63,883 nucleotides of DNA, filler included, from Olpidium bornovanus S191 (GCA_017911155.1; 32 parts of 32 records of this genome joined end to end with filler, not necessarily neighbours in it); one strand, 5' to 3'. Shown: positions 1 to 12,227, counted from the whole stretch's first letter. Program-made: numbers and translations. Notes: a model not told the origin generated them from the sequence alone.

Positions 1-614
1 AGCCGGCGCTGCGCGCGAGAGGACGAGAAAGGAAGGAAAAACAGAGAGCAGCCGACGCTGCTCGACCCGTAGCGGCGGCCGACGCCTCCGCTCGAACGGG
101 ACTGAAGGGGGGGAAATACGGGCTCGAACAAGCCCGACGGCTTTGTTTATTTCGAAGCGGCTACGGTAGGGTTTGTTTTTTTGGGTGGTTTGCGTTGCGT
201 CGACATCAAGGTTTTTTTGCGTTCGGCAGAAAAAAAAAAAGGGGTGGCGAAATCAAAACACTTCGAGCAAGTGGACGGCGTCGCTGCACGTGACCCCGGT
301 AAGCGAAGTAAAAGGGCGGGTGCAAGCGAGCGAAATAATGCAAGAGAGCAAAGATGCAAAAGAGACGAAACGATGCAAAGGAGACGAAACGGGAAGGGAA
401 TCGAGGGAAACGGGGTTCGAAGCTAAGGTAATCGAAGGCGGGGTCGATGTCCGCCGTGGCCATTTTGGGCGCCGACAGCGCCCGCCTCTGAGACTCACGC
501 CATCAACGTCGGGAACCACAGCCGAGGCCAAGACTCCCGGGGAAACCAACGAGAGGCGGCGGCAAGGCGGCACGGACACGCCAGATAAAGGGAAAGAGAT
601 AAGAAGAGTCTGCG

Positions 615-1760
615 GTGGATGCACCGTGCGAGCAGGCCTTCGTGGAAACACCGGAGTGCCACAGCTGCGGTCGTGTCGGTCACTTCGCTGCGGCCTGCCA
701 GGCATCTCCCTACTTACTCAAAATATACAAAGATCTGAAAGAACTTACAGCCTGTGCCGGGGGCAGCCAAGTGTCAAATTTCACTGGTGCAGCTGCGGCT
801 CCCGGTGCGGCGGCTGCGGTCAGCCCCTCTGCTGCGGTGGAGGTGGCATCCATGGATGTGCCCATGGATCCCTACGAGATCGAAGCGATGGCCACCCAGG
901 CCGACAACGTCCTAACAGGAAGTTCCGACGGTGAGACCGTCGAAGCATTGGTGGACAGTGGCACGACACATACGATTCTACGGAATCGGGAATTTTTTGC
1001 CACTGAAATTTGGTCTGCGTGTAAGACAAAAATACTAATGACGATATCTGGTGCGAATGCTTTCACTCATAGGATGGCTCCGCGGTTCTGCTGCTGCCTG
1101 AGGGCACCCAGGTCAAATGTGAGAAGGCCATGCTGGCACCCGCCGCGCCCAAAACCTTGTGTCCTTCAAGGACATCCGCCGGCGCGGGTACCATCTTGCC
1201 ACTGTGGTGGTCGACGGCAGGGATGCCCTTATAATCATAGACCCGCCTCGTCTAAATAAGTCAGTTGTCAAAGTTATTTTTGCTCGTGAAAATAGTTTAT
1301 ATACCATTCCGATTGGTGCCCATGGAGTGGACTTTTTTGCAATGACCTCCCCCACAGATGTGGCCCTGTGTCACGAGAGGCTCGGCTTCGAGCGACGTTT
1401 CCTCGGCCGCCCCCGGACCGATTTCCACACAACTTGGAGGAAAACCCCGCACCGCCCGCGCGCACCTTCTCCCCAAGTTAAAACCCGGTCGGCGGCCAGA
1501 CGGCAGGAACGAAAGCGTTTTACACCAAAACGGAGTGAATTTGATTTCCTTTTGAGTGGTGACGGCCGTGCACGCGTTCAATCTTGGAACAGGCACTACC
1601 GTTGTATTCTTCTCGCCAAGGCGCATCGAACGGCACCATCCGTTCGCAGATCAAATGTCAACTCGCAGAGAACGACACCTACCGAGTTTGGGAAATTGTT
1701 ACCCCCTCAGATTCTCGGGAAACGCTTCTCACCATCTCTCGTCATCCTCGCTGTCCAACA
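615..1760 (+). mobile_element. Degenerate Ty1/copia gag-pol remnant (Bianca-like)
   Basis: CCHC knuckle CHSCGRVGHFAAAC and protease ALVDSGTTHTILRNREFF. Across two frameshifts: DGSAVLLLPEGTQVKCEKAMLAPAAPKTL/SFKDIRRRGYHL. Pre-integrase-like CHERLG follows, then eroded integrase-like text. Confidence 0.85.
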
Positions 1761-1833
1761 CAAAACCCCAAGGCCAACACAGCCCCGGAGGCCACCGCCC
1801 CGGGGCCAACACAGCCCCGAGGGACCCACTGGG

Positions 1834-1933
1834 NNNNNNNNNNNNNNNNNNNNNNNNNNNNNNNNNNNNNNNNNNNNTTAATTAATTAANNNNNNNNNNN
1901 NNNNNNNNNNNNNNNNNNNNNNNNNNNNNNNNN
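1834..1933. other. Artificial contig linker N44-TTAATTAATTAA-N44 (first of 31)
   Basis: Identical 100-nt spacers with stops in all six frames start at 1834, 3708, 6512, 7810, 11924, 14012, 17530, 19237, 24337, 25944, 27608, 29290, 30933, 32652, 34512, 35764, 37008, 38516, 40366, 41931, 43972, 46485, 49048, 50591, 51740, 54523, 55704, 57142, 59033, 61287, 62761. Confidence 0.99.
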
Positions 1934-3564
1934 CTATCAGCTGCTTGTCGGGAAGCACACTCACGTCATATCGGATTGGATGAAGCGAATCGTGAAAATC
2001 GCCCCGCAAGTATGTTGGCTGGCTCTTTGCGTTAGGGCATTGGCGTGCTGCATGGCACAACGCTCAAGGCGCCGCGCATTTACCCCGGGACTGTCTAGCG
2101 CAGCGAGCAGCAAAACGACCTTGTGAAGCGAATAATCAGGCTCAGGGAGCGCACGACCGAGGCAAAGCTGAAGGCGGAGGAGTTGGGAGCCGGACAGTGG
2201 GAATCCCGGATTGAGGAAGTAGGGGATCGAGACGGTGAATTTGATGAGACGGCGATCTCGGCGGCAGAGACAAGCCGCTCGACGAAACGGAAGCGGTCAG
2301 CTGCTACCGGATGTGTTAGGCGCATCTTTGCTCTCCAAGGCGAGGAAGGCCTTGACGAGGATGTGACCTACAGGCCGTTAGCTGCGACGGTCGCCGCCGT
2401 GGGGGAGGAGAACGACGATACAAAATGGAATGAGGAGGAAGTATGCCTCCCGGCGTTTGAAGCAGAGGCTGCTTCCGCCAACAATTTGACGCCGGTCGAA
2501 GGCGAGACACGAGAAGGTGACGGAAGGGAATAGTTGTTTGCGTGACGTGGTATTGCTTTGCTTTTAGAGTGCAGATTCGCGTTACTGACTATCCGAGTTT
2601 GCGGTTGTGGGACCAGACCTGCTCAAACGTGCCCCCGTCGTGACCTACGGGCAGGACCTAGACCATTGGGATAAGAAAACCATGCAGTTTAATACGACAG
2701 GGCTTGGTAGGCTTCTATTATTACGCTTCCTTCTTCATCCAGAGGTCCCAACTCAGAATTGCCGCTGATCGACAATACCGCCGGCCGTCACAGAGTTCAG
2801 CCATCGTTTTTGGGGAACTTCCGTGGGTGACAATGATGTTTCGCGAGAAACGCTCGACCGTCTGAAAAAGCGCGCCGTATTTTATCGTCCACGACCGACG
2901 ACGAAGTTGAAGGTAATTTTTGACACCCTTGCCTGTCTAAAACCAGGTTTTGTTATAGTTTCCGCTCAATCGTGGATTTTTTTTTCCGTAGGAATGCCGC
3001 CACCCGCTGAACGATGGGAAGCTCTGCCCCAGACGACAGGAAACCACGTGTCCTTTCCACGGTCCGATAGTCTTGAGAGACGACTGCGGCAGAATCCAAC
3101 CTCCGGATGCGGAAGGAAGTTCAAATGATGTCGACCGGCAGGACGACAGAAGGACGGCAGGGCGGCAAGATGGGACGCGGGTAGCTTACCGCGGCTACTT
3201 GAAGCAGGACAAAGAAGACGGATCTGTGGGCAAGCTCGAGGGAGTTGGCGACCCACAGGTCGCATCCGTCAGAAGTGCCCCCTTGGAAAAAGTTGACAAG
3301 AGCGCGTCGGGTTCACCCCGAGAATCTTGCGGTTCTGGGTCATCTGCAGGGGCGACGCGGAAAGGCCCTGAGGAAGGCGTTGCCCCCGCACTTGACCTTG
3401 CGAAGATTCCCGCGGACAGCGGGAAGAGGCGGAAAAGGGGGGTGCCGGCGTCGTCGTCGTCGTCTGCACTCGTCAAGCTTTCGAAATCCAAGGAGCCAAA
3501 GTCGGCGATCGAGCGGATCGAGAGGAAGATATCGAGCCGGGAGTCGAGGAGGCAGTTGAACCAA
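1934..3564 (+). CDS. UVSSA: UV-stimulated scaffold protein A (UVSSA, DUF2043), 5'-partial
   Basis: Phase-consistent GT-AG exons 1934-2009, 2099-2516, 2617-2706, 2794-2912, 2992-3564. They give LLKRAPVVTYGQDLDHW..LEFSHRFWG..CRHPLNDGKLCPRRQETTCPFHGPIVLRDDCGR, matching remembered human [51 protein letters not shown]. A final small exon may end at 3689. Confidence 0.9.
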
Positions 3565-3907
3565 GTGGGTCGGGGACGCACTACCACATGCGTGACCCGG
3601 GAGCCCCGCTGCAATGTTTAGCCGCGTATAAAAAGAGCAGAAATTGAAGCTTTTGAGAGAGAACCACGCCGACGAAAAAAACGAACCTAACAAAATAAAC
3701 CAGATGCNNNNNNNNNNNNNNNNNNNNNNNNNNNNNNNNNNNNNNNNNNNNTTAATTAATTAANNNNNNNNNNNNNNNNNNNNNNNNNNNNNNNNNNNNN
3801 NNNNNNNGGGCTATCGCCCAAACCGCAGCCACACACCAAACGCGCGCGGTGTTCCCGGGGGGGGGGGGGGGGGGGGGGCGCAACCCTGCTTCCTCTGCCG
3901 CCCTTAC

Positions 3908-4609
3908 TTCTGGAGTCGCGTCCACGCCTGTCAGGCGAAGCCGGCCGGCGGCGAACGGGTGTTCGAAAAACAGACGCGAGCTCCGGCCGGTCCCGCAGCC
4001 GAGGTCCAGGATCTCTATCACCGACGCGCCTCCTCCTCCTCCGGCCGCCTTCCGCGCGCCGGCGTCCGCTTCCGGGCCGCTCCGGCACAGCCCCGCGCGC
4101 GGGCGAGCGCTCGGATCCCCGGCGTCGCCTTCCGCGACGGCGCCTCCGTCGGTCCGGTTTTCGCGCCGCTCCCGTCCCGCGGGTCCCGGGCCCGTTTGGA
4201 CCTGCGCCGCTACGCGTTCTCGGCGCGCGGTCGGGCGCGGCGGAGCGCGTGCTTCGCGCCCGCCGGGAGAGTCCCCCTCCGGCCGGCAGCGCGGCGCCGG
4301 ATCAGCTTCCGGACCGGCGTCGCCGTCCTCATCCGCGGCGCCTCGCTCCTTCCGCTCCCGGCGATGCGCGCGCGCGCGCCCCCTGCCGCGCGCGGATCCG
4401 CCCGCCGGCGGTTCTGGGGACGGCGCGGGCTCGTTGCGCTTCGCCGGGGCCCTTGACGGGGGGAGGCAGCCGCGCAGCTCGAGGTAGGAGAGCATCCAGC
4501 CAGCGACCTTGTCCGGGCCGGGATACGAGTCGGGATCAGCCTCGATCTCCTCGTCGTAGCGGGCGGCGTAGCGGGCGTAGAAGGTGCGGACATCTTCGGT
4601 CGACCACAT
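3908..4609 (-). CDS. Class I SAM methyltransferase, METTL27/WBSCR27-like, first exon
   Basis: MWSTEDVRTFYARYAARYDEEI..YPGPDKVA, then motif I ILDLGCGTG and LTGVDATPE; GTAAGG donor at 3907. Confidence 0.75.
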
Positions 4610-4821
4610 GTTTGCTAAAGAAGGCGGAAGGGGTGACGAACACGGGAAGGGGCAGGCGGCCTGACCGGGCGGGGCGGGGCGGCGGTAAAAAAAAAAATTT
4701 CCGCTCCCCGCCCTTCCCGCCCGGCCCCGGGACGGAGGAGCCGAGAGTAACCGGAAACGCACGGCCCGCGGCGAAGCCCTCGGGAGAGACAAAAAAAAAA
4801 AAGAGCACGTCGGCACACGCC
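4610..4821. promoter_or_regulatory. Putative bidirectional promoter
   Basis: Only 212 bp separate the divergent ATGs of the methyltransferase (4609) and POB3 (4822). Confidence 0.5.
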
Positions 4822-6323
4822 ATGTCCACCGTGAAGTTCGACCGCGTGCTGCTCAACCTCAAGCCGGAACCCGGCCAGCTGCGGTTCATACCCTCCGGGA
4901 TCGGGTGGAAGCCGAACGACGCGGACGACATAACAACCATACACGCGAACGACATCGCGCGCTGCACCTGGTCGCACGCCGCCCGGGGCTACGAGCTGAA
5001 GATACAGCTCAAGAAGAGCAGCGACGTCGTCAGGTTCGACGGGTTTGCTAGGGAGGTGAGGACCTCGCCCCCTCTCCCCGGAAAAGCACGACGGGGGCCA
5101 GGGCGAAAAGAGGAGCGCCCACCGCATCCGGGCGGGAGAACGAGGAGCACCGTCGGGGACGCCGGCCGGAGGAGGAGCATGTGCGCCGCGGGTGGACGCA
5201 CGTCCTTGCAGTGCTGCGTTCCTCTGCTCCGCTGTAGGCGGCTGGGCCGCGCGGTCGCCTCGTTTTTTGCGCTGCGCCGCCCACGCTTTCCGCGCTCTGC
5301 GGGAGCGGAAAGGAAGTCCGTCAAGACAAATCCCCGCGGCGAGTCGGCGCCCGCGGTCGCGTCCGCCGCCGAGAGGGGCAGCTCGTGCCCGAACAGTCTG
5401 GGCGGGAAAAAGCCGCGTTCGGCTCAAACGACTGCCGAGGGCGCGTGCTGTCGGCGGCGCCGCCTCCCGCCCTGCTAGAACCCGGCACTGACGCGGAGGC
5501 GCCTTACGCGAAGCTGCGCCTACGTATTTTGTGCCGCATTCCTCCGCCGGGAGTCTTGCTGGAATCCAAGACGACTTTCAACAGCCGCGGAGTGCGTGGC
5601 GGTCAGTCGTAGCTGACGCCCTTACCTATGCTACAACCCCTGCTGGTTTCTCACCTATGCCCTAGGACTACGACGCCTTGCGGGAAGTGTGCAAGAAAAA
5701 TTACCACCAAGAGCTGGTACGAAAGGAGTACAGCTTACGAGGATACAACTGGGGAAAAACCGAATTGACGGGTACGTTGGTGACAGGGAGAGCTTCTACA
5801 GTCTGCGCGTCTACTCTGCTGAAGTGTATGCCGTTATGCTTTCGAGCTGGCATGCCTCGCTCATTCTGTTTTCCTTGGCTGGCTAAACATCGGGGCTTCC
5901 GGCTTTTTCGATTGAAGGGTCGAGCCTTTCTCTGATTGTGGATAAGAAACCCGCGTTTGAAATCCCGCTGGAGGAGATCGCGAACACGAGCCTTGCGGCG
6001 AAAAATGAAGTCTCAATCGAGTTTCTGACCGCCGAAGAGGCTGCAGCCTACGTTGCACCCGGCAGCAGAAAACGGGCGGGGAAAAAGGTGCCTGATCAGC
6101 TGGTGGAGATGAGGTTTTACATTCCCGGGACCGTGACCGAGAGAACCAAGAAGGCGAAGCTGGAAGAGGCGCAGGACGTCAAAGAGGAGGAGGACGAGAG
6201 CGAGAGCGAGGTCCAGAACGCCGCCGCCGCGTTTCACGAGCTGTTGAAGGCCCGCGCGGAGGTCGGAAACGTTTCCGGCGGGGGGATCGTGCTGTTCCAA
6301 GAAATTTTGTGTTTGACTCCTCG
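4822..6323 (+). CDS. POB3: FACT complex subunit Pob3/SSRP1, 3'-partial
   Basis: Exons 4822-5055, 5666-5771, 5918-6323: GIGWK, RGYELKI, RGYNWG, KPAFEIP, KNEVSIEF, DQLVEMRFYIPG, ILCLTPR. Confidence 0.95.
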
Positions 6324-7287
6324 GTGGGTAGAAAACGGGGACGCCGAAGGTCGTGGGCAAAAAACGGGGAATTGGAAAAGGGGTTCGCCGCATGAAAAGA
6401 AGAGGGGAAAAAAGAAAGAAAAAGAAAAAAAAAAGGAAAAAAAGAAGCAAAAAAAGAAGCCAAAAAAAAGAAAAAAAAAAAGAAGCAAAAAAAGGAAAAA
6501 AAAAGAAAAGANNNNNNNNNNNNNNNNNNNNNNNNNNNNNNNNNNNNNNNNNNNNTTAATTAATTAANNNNNNNNNNNNNNNNNNNNNNNNNNNNNNNNN
6601 NNNNNNNNNNNCAATTTGCTTTGTTTTTGTTTTTACCTTTTTTTTTCTTCTTTTTCTTCTTCTTTCTTCTCCCCCGGCATTTACGTCCTTGAGGCAGAAG
6701 GTTAATTTTGTGAGCGGGAAGAACGGAGCATGGGGCAGATACCGCGCGCAGCCGGCGTGGCGGCCACAAAGGGCGGGGCGGGGGGATGGCGGGGGCGGCG
6801 GAAAGGTCGAGTCGGGGGCGGGGATGCGGGGGCGAGGGGTGGTGGTGGGGGGGGGGGGTGTGGCGCGCGCGTGCGGGGAGGGAGGAAGGCGGGAGAGGAC
6901 GCTGCCGGATGAACGCGCGCGCACCGCAGCCCCGCCACCCTCACCCGCGAAACTCTTCCATCTGGGTAAAACATCGGACGAAACGCGGACGACGGGTCGG
7001 CTAGCGAGAGGACGCCCCCCCCCTCAGCCACCCCCCCAAACCCCCACCTGGCGTCTCCATCGCACGGGGAAGAAAGGACGCGGAGAGAAATTGGCCTTTC
7101 TCCGGGAAGGAAAGTCCGCGGGACGCACGTAGATGTTTACCCGGCGAACAGTACCTTCCCTTCATCCTCTCCCTTCTCCCCGGCGCCCCCCCCTCCCCCC
7201 CCTCCTTCCCCCCTTTTCTCTGTAAGGAATAAGGGGGTAGAATAGAATAAAGGGGGAGGCGCAGCTACACCGTGCGCATCTGCCCCT

Positions 7288-7460
7288 TGTTCACCCCTGT
7301 AAGTTTACTATAACCCTGCAGTATAAAAAGGGACCTGATGTCGGTAGCTAGATTACGAAAATACTGGATTCCTGCCTCTCGGCTTCCCTTCCGCGTACTC
7401 CTGCTCCCTTTTGGATTCTCCTCCGAGTCCTACGGTACAAGCTGAACAGGTTATGAGCCC
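7288..7460 (+). mobile_element. Ty1/copia 5' LTR (7288-7448) plus PBS (7449-7460)
   Basis: TGTTCA...TGAACA terminal inverted repeat and an internal TATAAAA. Immediately followed by GGTTATGAGCCC, the complement of the tRNAiMet anticodon arm. Confidence 0.8.
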
Positions 7461-7809
7461 AAACCGTCAACTGCTCCCTGTCCGAAGAACCATGAAGGAA
7501 GACGGAAGTTATGCGCAGGAAGGAAGGCAGACGACGGCACCTTGGCCCCGCCAGCCTCCACCGCCTCAACCGCCCTTTGCCCCGGCAGCTAGCATGCCCG
7601 GCGCTTTCCTCGCAGTTGCTACTCCTGAAGAACAGCGCGGACGCACCGCGGAACGATACACCATGGGACCGAGTTACCACAATCGAAGCATGCCTCGAAG
7701 CCCGTCTCGCGACTCTGTTGCCTCGGCAACCTCCGTCAACTCTCGACTATCCACACGATCGAGAAAAGTAGTCGACTCCGTACTGCTCCATCGAGAAACC
7801 CGTAGGCGC
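7453..7809 (+). CDS. Possible gag N-terminus, Pro/Ser-rich, open to the contig end
   Basis: ORF MSPNRQLLPV.. starts at the ATG inside the PBS; no recognised domain. Confidence 0.35.
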
Positions 7810-10599
7810 NNNNNNNNNNNNNNNNNNNNNNNNNNNNNNNNNNNNNNNNNNNNTTAATTAATTAANNNNNNNNNNNNNNNNNNNNNNNNNNNNNNNNNNN
7901 NNNNNNNNNATGTCATGTTATGTTACCGCAACAGGGAACGGCAAGTCCACAGAGGGATGACGGAAATTCTTGCAAGAGCCGCGCAATCGGTTCCAACGCA
8001 AGGTGACCCTCTTGCGCGGGAGGGCGGATGTGGGAGAATTTCCATTATGGCAGATGGAACAGGTGACATGAGGCATGCGGAACGAATTAATGAAGGCCGT
8101 CAACGAAGAAGCGACCAAACTCGACGAATTAGTGAGGGGCAGGACGAAGTGCCACGAAGGGAGCTGCTGGCGGCTACGGGAGAGTGACGCGTCGGGTGCG
8201 TGGGGTAATCAACACGCGCCCGGGAGGCGTGGAAGACGCGTTGGAGAGCCGGGCGGGCCCCGCACCCCACCCCGAAAAGTAGACCCGTAGACGCATCGAC
8301 GCCCGAACGCACAAAGCGGAGCAGAACCGGCGGATCGCCCGGGGCACTCGAGCAGAGAGAGAGAGAGACAGGAAGAGAACGAGAAAAAAGAGAGGTTGGA
8401 ATCGCGTTTGTCCCCATCGTGTCATTTGTTTTCCGCCTCGGAGAAGCTCTGGGGCTTAACGGCTGACTCCGCCCTCTGATTAAAGTACAAATCTAGTACA
8501 ACAGCGTCGACTGAGAGCGATGTTGGGTTCGAAACGCCTCGGGGATCCTCTCGATGCCGAGGGGAGGGTGAGAAGAGGACGTTCGACGGGACCGGGGATG
8601 GGATGGCAGGTAGCAGAGCCACGCCCGCTGGGGGCCCGTGCTTTCGGGGGGGGGGGGGCGCGAAGAAAAAGAAAGCGAAACAGAGGGGAAGCAGGATGTG
8701 TTGAAATTTTCCCGTGACCCGATGCCACCAAGAAGTGACCGATGGCAAACGCAGCAACAGCACCGCAGAAGACAAAACCGCACAATGCGGATGCCGGACG
8801 GGAGCATGCGAATTGTGGGAATCGCATCTCGGCTGCGGAATCCTGGTTTCCGCCAGGGGGGTGGCGGAGCACACCCCTGAACCCCCCGGGCCCGTGCGCA
8901 AGGGGCACGGGGCACGGGGGAAAATCTCCGGTCCCCAAAAGGAGGGAAAAAAGGGGGCAAGGGGGAAAGGGGCAGGCTCCGAGCGCACCCGGAAAGGGAG
9001 GAAGGTTCGAGAAGGTTCCGACGGATCCCGGTGGACTCCGACAGGTGAGTTTTTCCTATATAGACATACAGAAATAAAGGGGGAGCTCACGGGTATAAAT
9101 AGAGCGAGGAATCCAAAATTCCTCACATTTCATCCCCTCCATACGATCTCCTCCACCCCATCCCTCTACACCGACATTCTGTTCTACCTAGCACCTTAAT
9201 AAAGGTCGCGGAAGTGCTTTAAGCGGACAAGCGTTTCGGACTGAAGGGGATCTTTAGATTGCACTTGTGCAATTGGAAGGGAACTGGATCTTAGATTGCA
9301 CATTAACCGGAAGCCCCGCGTGTATAGAAGTGTGGCTGTCTTCTTGTGCATATACCTACCCGCTGTCTGGGGTGACAATACGGAATCCTTGATTCCATCA
9401 CCCTAATACCTCAATTTCTAAGAGGATGCTCCCGCAGAGACGCAGAAGACGATCACGAGGTCGACACGCAGACGGGCGCTCTTGTTCCTGGCCAGATGGC
9501 ACAGTGGGCGTCCGAAACTTAACTTTTCCCCGACTTCAACGCGCGCTAACAGCCTGATGGCAATCTCGACTCCGACCCCCCGTTCTCGTTTTTATTTTGA
9601 CGTTGGGGGTTGGGGGTTTTATGCGCACGGAAGAAGAAGCAAGAAAAACAGGGGGGGTAAAATCAAAACAGAATGGGTCGAAGGGAAAATCAATGGGATT
9701 ACGCAAGTCGATCTCGACGGGGGGGGAAAGCAAAGGGCTATGGAACAAAGTGACGTCGGCCCGGCGGCCGACATCGACGCGCTCGCGCGGGCCGGTTCCG
9801 CCCCTTTTTACTTTCCCCCTGCGGGAAGGGTTTTGATTGATTAATGTGACGGGGTTTTACCAACAATTACGGGAATCGATCCGCCTTTGGGGTCGCGGCG
9901 CGGTTCCGAGCGCGACGACGGTCGTATCGATCCCCCTCGCGCGGCGGCAAACCAATCTATTTCTGACACCGACAGCCACTGCGCAAGAACTCGTGCGGTC
10001 CCTGCGAGGGGCTGTGTGCAAACCAGCTGCTCGCAGGCCGCGGGCGAAAGGACGCGGGACCATGGTAGCACGAGGACACTGGCGCGGCAGCGTTTTTCAA
10101 GCCGCTATATATGCGTGTGTGTGCGTATGCATATACGCCCACGATTACGTAGCCTGCGTAGAATCTGCGCACTGTTTTGGGAGGAGAGGGGCGGCTAAAG
10201 GCTACCGCGGAGGAGGACGACGACCGAAGGCGTAGCACGGACGGGGGGGTTAGGAGTCCCACTCGCGTTCCGAAATGCGGGAAAAAGACGCGCGAGGCAC
10301 GGGGGGGGAAGAGCGCGTTTCTGGGAGCGCGTGCGGGGTAGCGGGGGCTTTTGCCGCGCGGGGTAGCGGGGGGCGAAGAGGGGGGGGAGGGTGAAGGGGG
10401 AAAATGGGCGGGTTTGCAAGCGCGGCGTTTCCGTGTCAGAACCTTTTGCCGGTGCCCCGCCGGCCCGGTCCCAATCCGCCTCCCAAACTGGGCCCCGCGA
10501 ACGCCCGCGCCTCTTTCGCGGAACTGCCGCCGTTTCCCTCCGCCCCGAAAGGGTTCTGGGCCTGCCAAGATAACTCCGTGGAGCCCTCCAGCTCTGGCG

Positions 10600-11654
10600 A
10601 TGGTGAGCGGACCCGTTTTCCCTCTTCTACCGAAAAAGGCGAAGGAAAGAAGAAAAGGAAAAGGAAGTGGGGAAAAAAAAAGGACGGGGTTTTGGCGCCG
10701 CCCTAGATTTTGAAACGCTCGGGACCCGCTTGACCTTGTCCGGCCGCCCGTCCGCAGGCGGTTGCGCAGGAAGATCTCGCAGGTGAGTGGCAGGCTACGC
10801 TCGTCACGAACCACCGCACCGCGGTCCCCGCCGCCGGAAAGTGGCCGAGCTGGCGAGCGATGCGGACGCCCCGGCTGATCCGACCGAAGCAGATGTCAAG
10901 GAAATCTTTTCCCTGTTTGACAAACATGGTAAGTCGGGTGGCTTCCGCCGTCGGACGCACCGACGTACGATCGTTCCGCCGGGCGTTCGGAGGCTCTAAC
11001 CGCGTGGAACTCCCACGTCGAAGGTGACGGGACCATCGACTCCAAAATGCTGGGCGAAGCGATCAGGGCTGTCGGTCAGAACCCGACGGAGGCTGAAATC
11101 CGCGAGCTGGTGGCGCGCGTGGACCCCGGCGGGAACAGGCCCGTCGCTTTCGAGCCCTTCCTTGAGATCATAAATCGGCCCGGGAAAAGGCCGCCGACCT
11201 CCGTCGAGGACATCAACAGGGGTTTCGCCGTTTTTGACAAAGAGGCCAACGGATACATTTCGGCTGGCGAACTGCGATACGGTAAGCCAGTTGCTGTAAA
11301 GCTCTCGGGGTTTCCGCTGCTTGCCGTTTTTGCTCGCAGCCGGGCCAGTCACGAAACGAGAGGTTTACAATTACAACTGACGCCCCCCCCCCCCCCCCCC
11401 CCCCATCCCCCTCCCCCCCCCTCCTCGGCGCCCGCTCTGCTCAGTGCTGACAAACCTCGGCGAAAAGCTGTCTGACAGCCAAGTCGACGAGCTTCTGCAG
11501 ACGATCGAAGTCGAAAAATCGGGAGCAATACAGTACGAAGGTATGTCCTGCCGACCCGCGCCAATGCAGGCGCCAATTCCCCTTCGAAGATCAATCTCAG
11601 CATTCAAGTTTGTCGCCTCCAGAATTCGTGAGGAAAATTATGGCTTCTACTTGA
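10600..11654 (+). CDS. MLC1: Myosin light chain (EF-hand, Mlc1/Cdc4 type), complete
   Basis: Six exons: 10600-10602, 10758-10782, 10890-10928, 11024-11281, 11445-11540, 11623-11654. Protein MAVAQEDLAADVKEIFSLFDK..RAVGQNPTEAE..GELRYVLTNLGEKL..YEEFVRKIMAST*. Confidence 0.92.
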
Positions 11655-12227
11655 GACGCCGGCCGTTGCCCCAGATGTGTTTCAAACAGGTCGCACCGAA
11701 CCCCGGGCTGTACGGACTCCGAAAAAATGAAACACAGTTGTTTTGCACAGTGTCGAGCCCAATGCGGCGTAACGAATGTTGCGCGCTGGCGTCTTGTCCG
11801 CCCGATGACGTTACGCACCGCGGCAGTTCACTGGATCCATGCCAGCAGGTTCACGGCAAAGTAATACGGCTTTCGCCTTGGCAATTATACCATTTCGGCT
11901 GCGCAAGCCGCGCGTCAGTTGGGNNNNNNNNNNNNNNNNNNNNNNNNNNNNNNNNNNNNNNNNNNNNTTAATTAATTAANNNNNNNNNNNNNNNNNNNNN
12001 NNNNNNNNNNNNNNNNNNNNNNNCAAATTGGAGTACTCGGATACAACGAAACTTCGACGCCGCGTGAGTTTGTTGAAAGTTTTCACTTGAAAAATCAGGA
12101 GCTGCGTTGCGGCCGTTCTGGTGCCGGAAAGAAAAGCGGCCATGCGAGAGTTGTGGTGCGGTTTATTTTGAAAGGTTATCTTGTAAACTGCTGCTTAAAC
12201 TCAAGGTCGATCGCCGATTATAAACAG

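Noticed and set aside
7910-9560. Possible exons (coiled-coil MRNELMKAV.., donor at 9044, minus-strand EQERPSACR..)
   Set aside because: I could not build a consistent spliced model or recognise a family.
10600-11654. Calmodulin
   Set aside because: The EF loops are degenerate and GELRYVLTNLGEKL matches fungal myosin light chains; calmodulin would be far more conserved.
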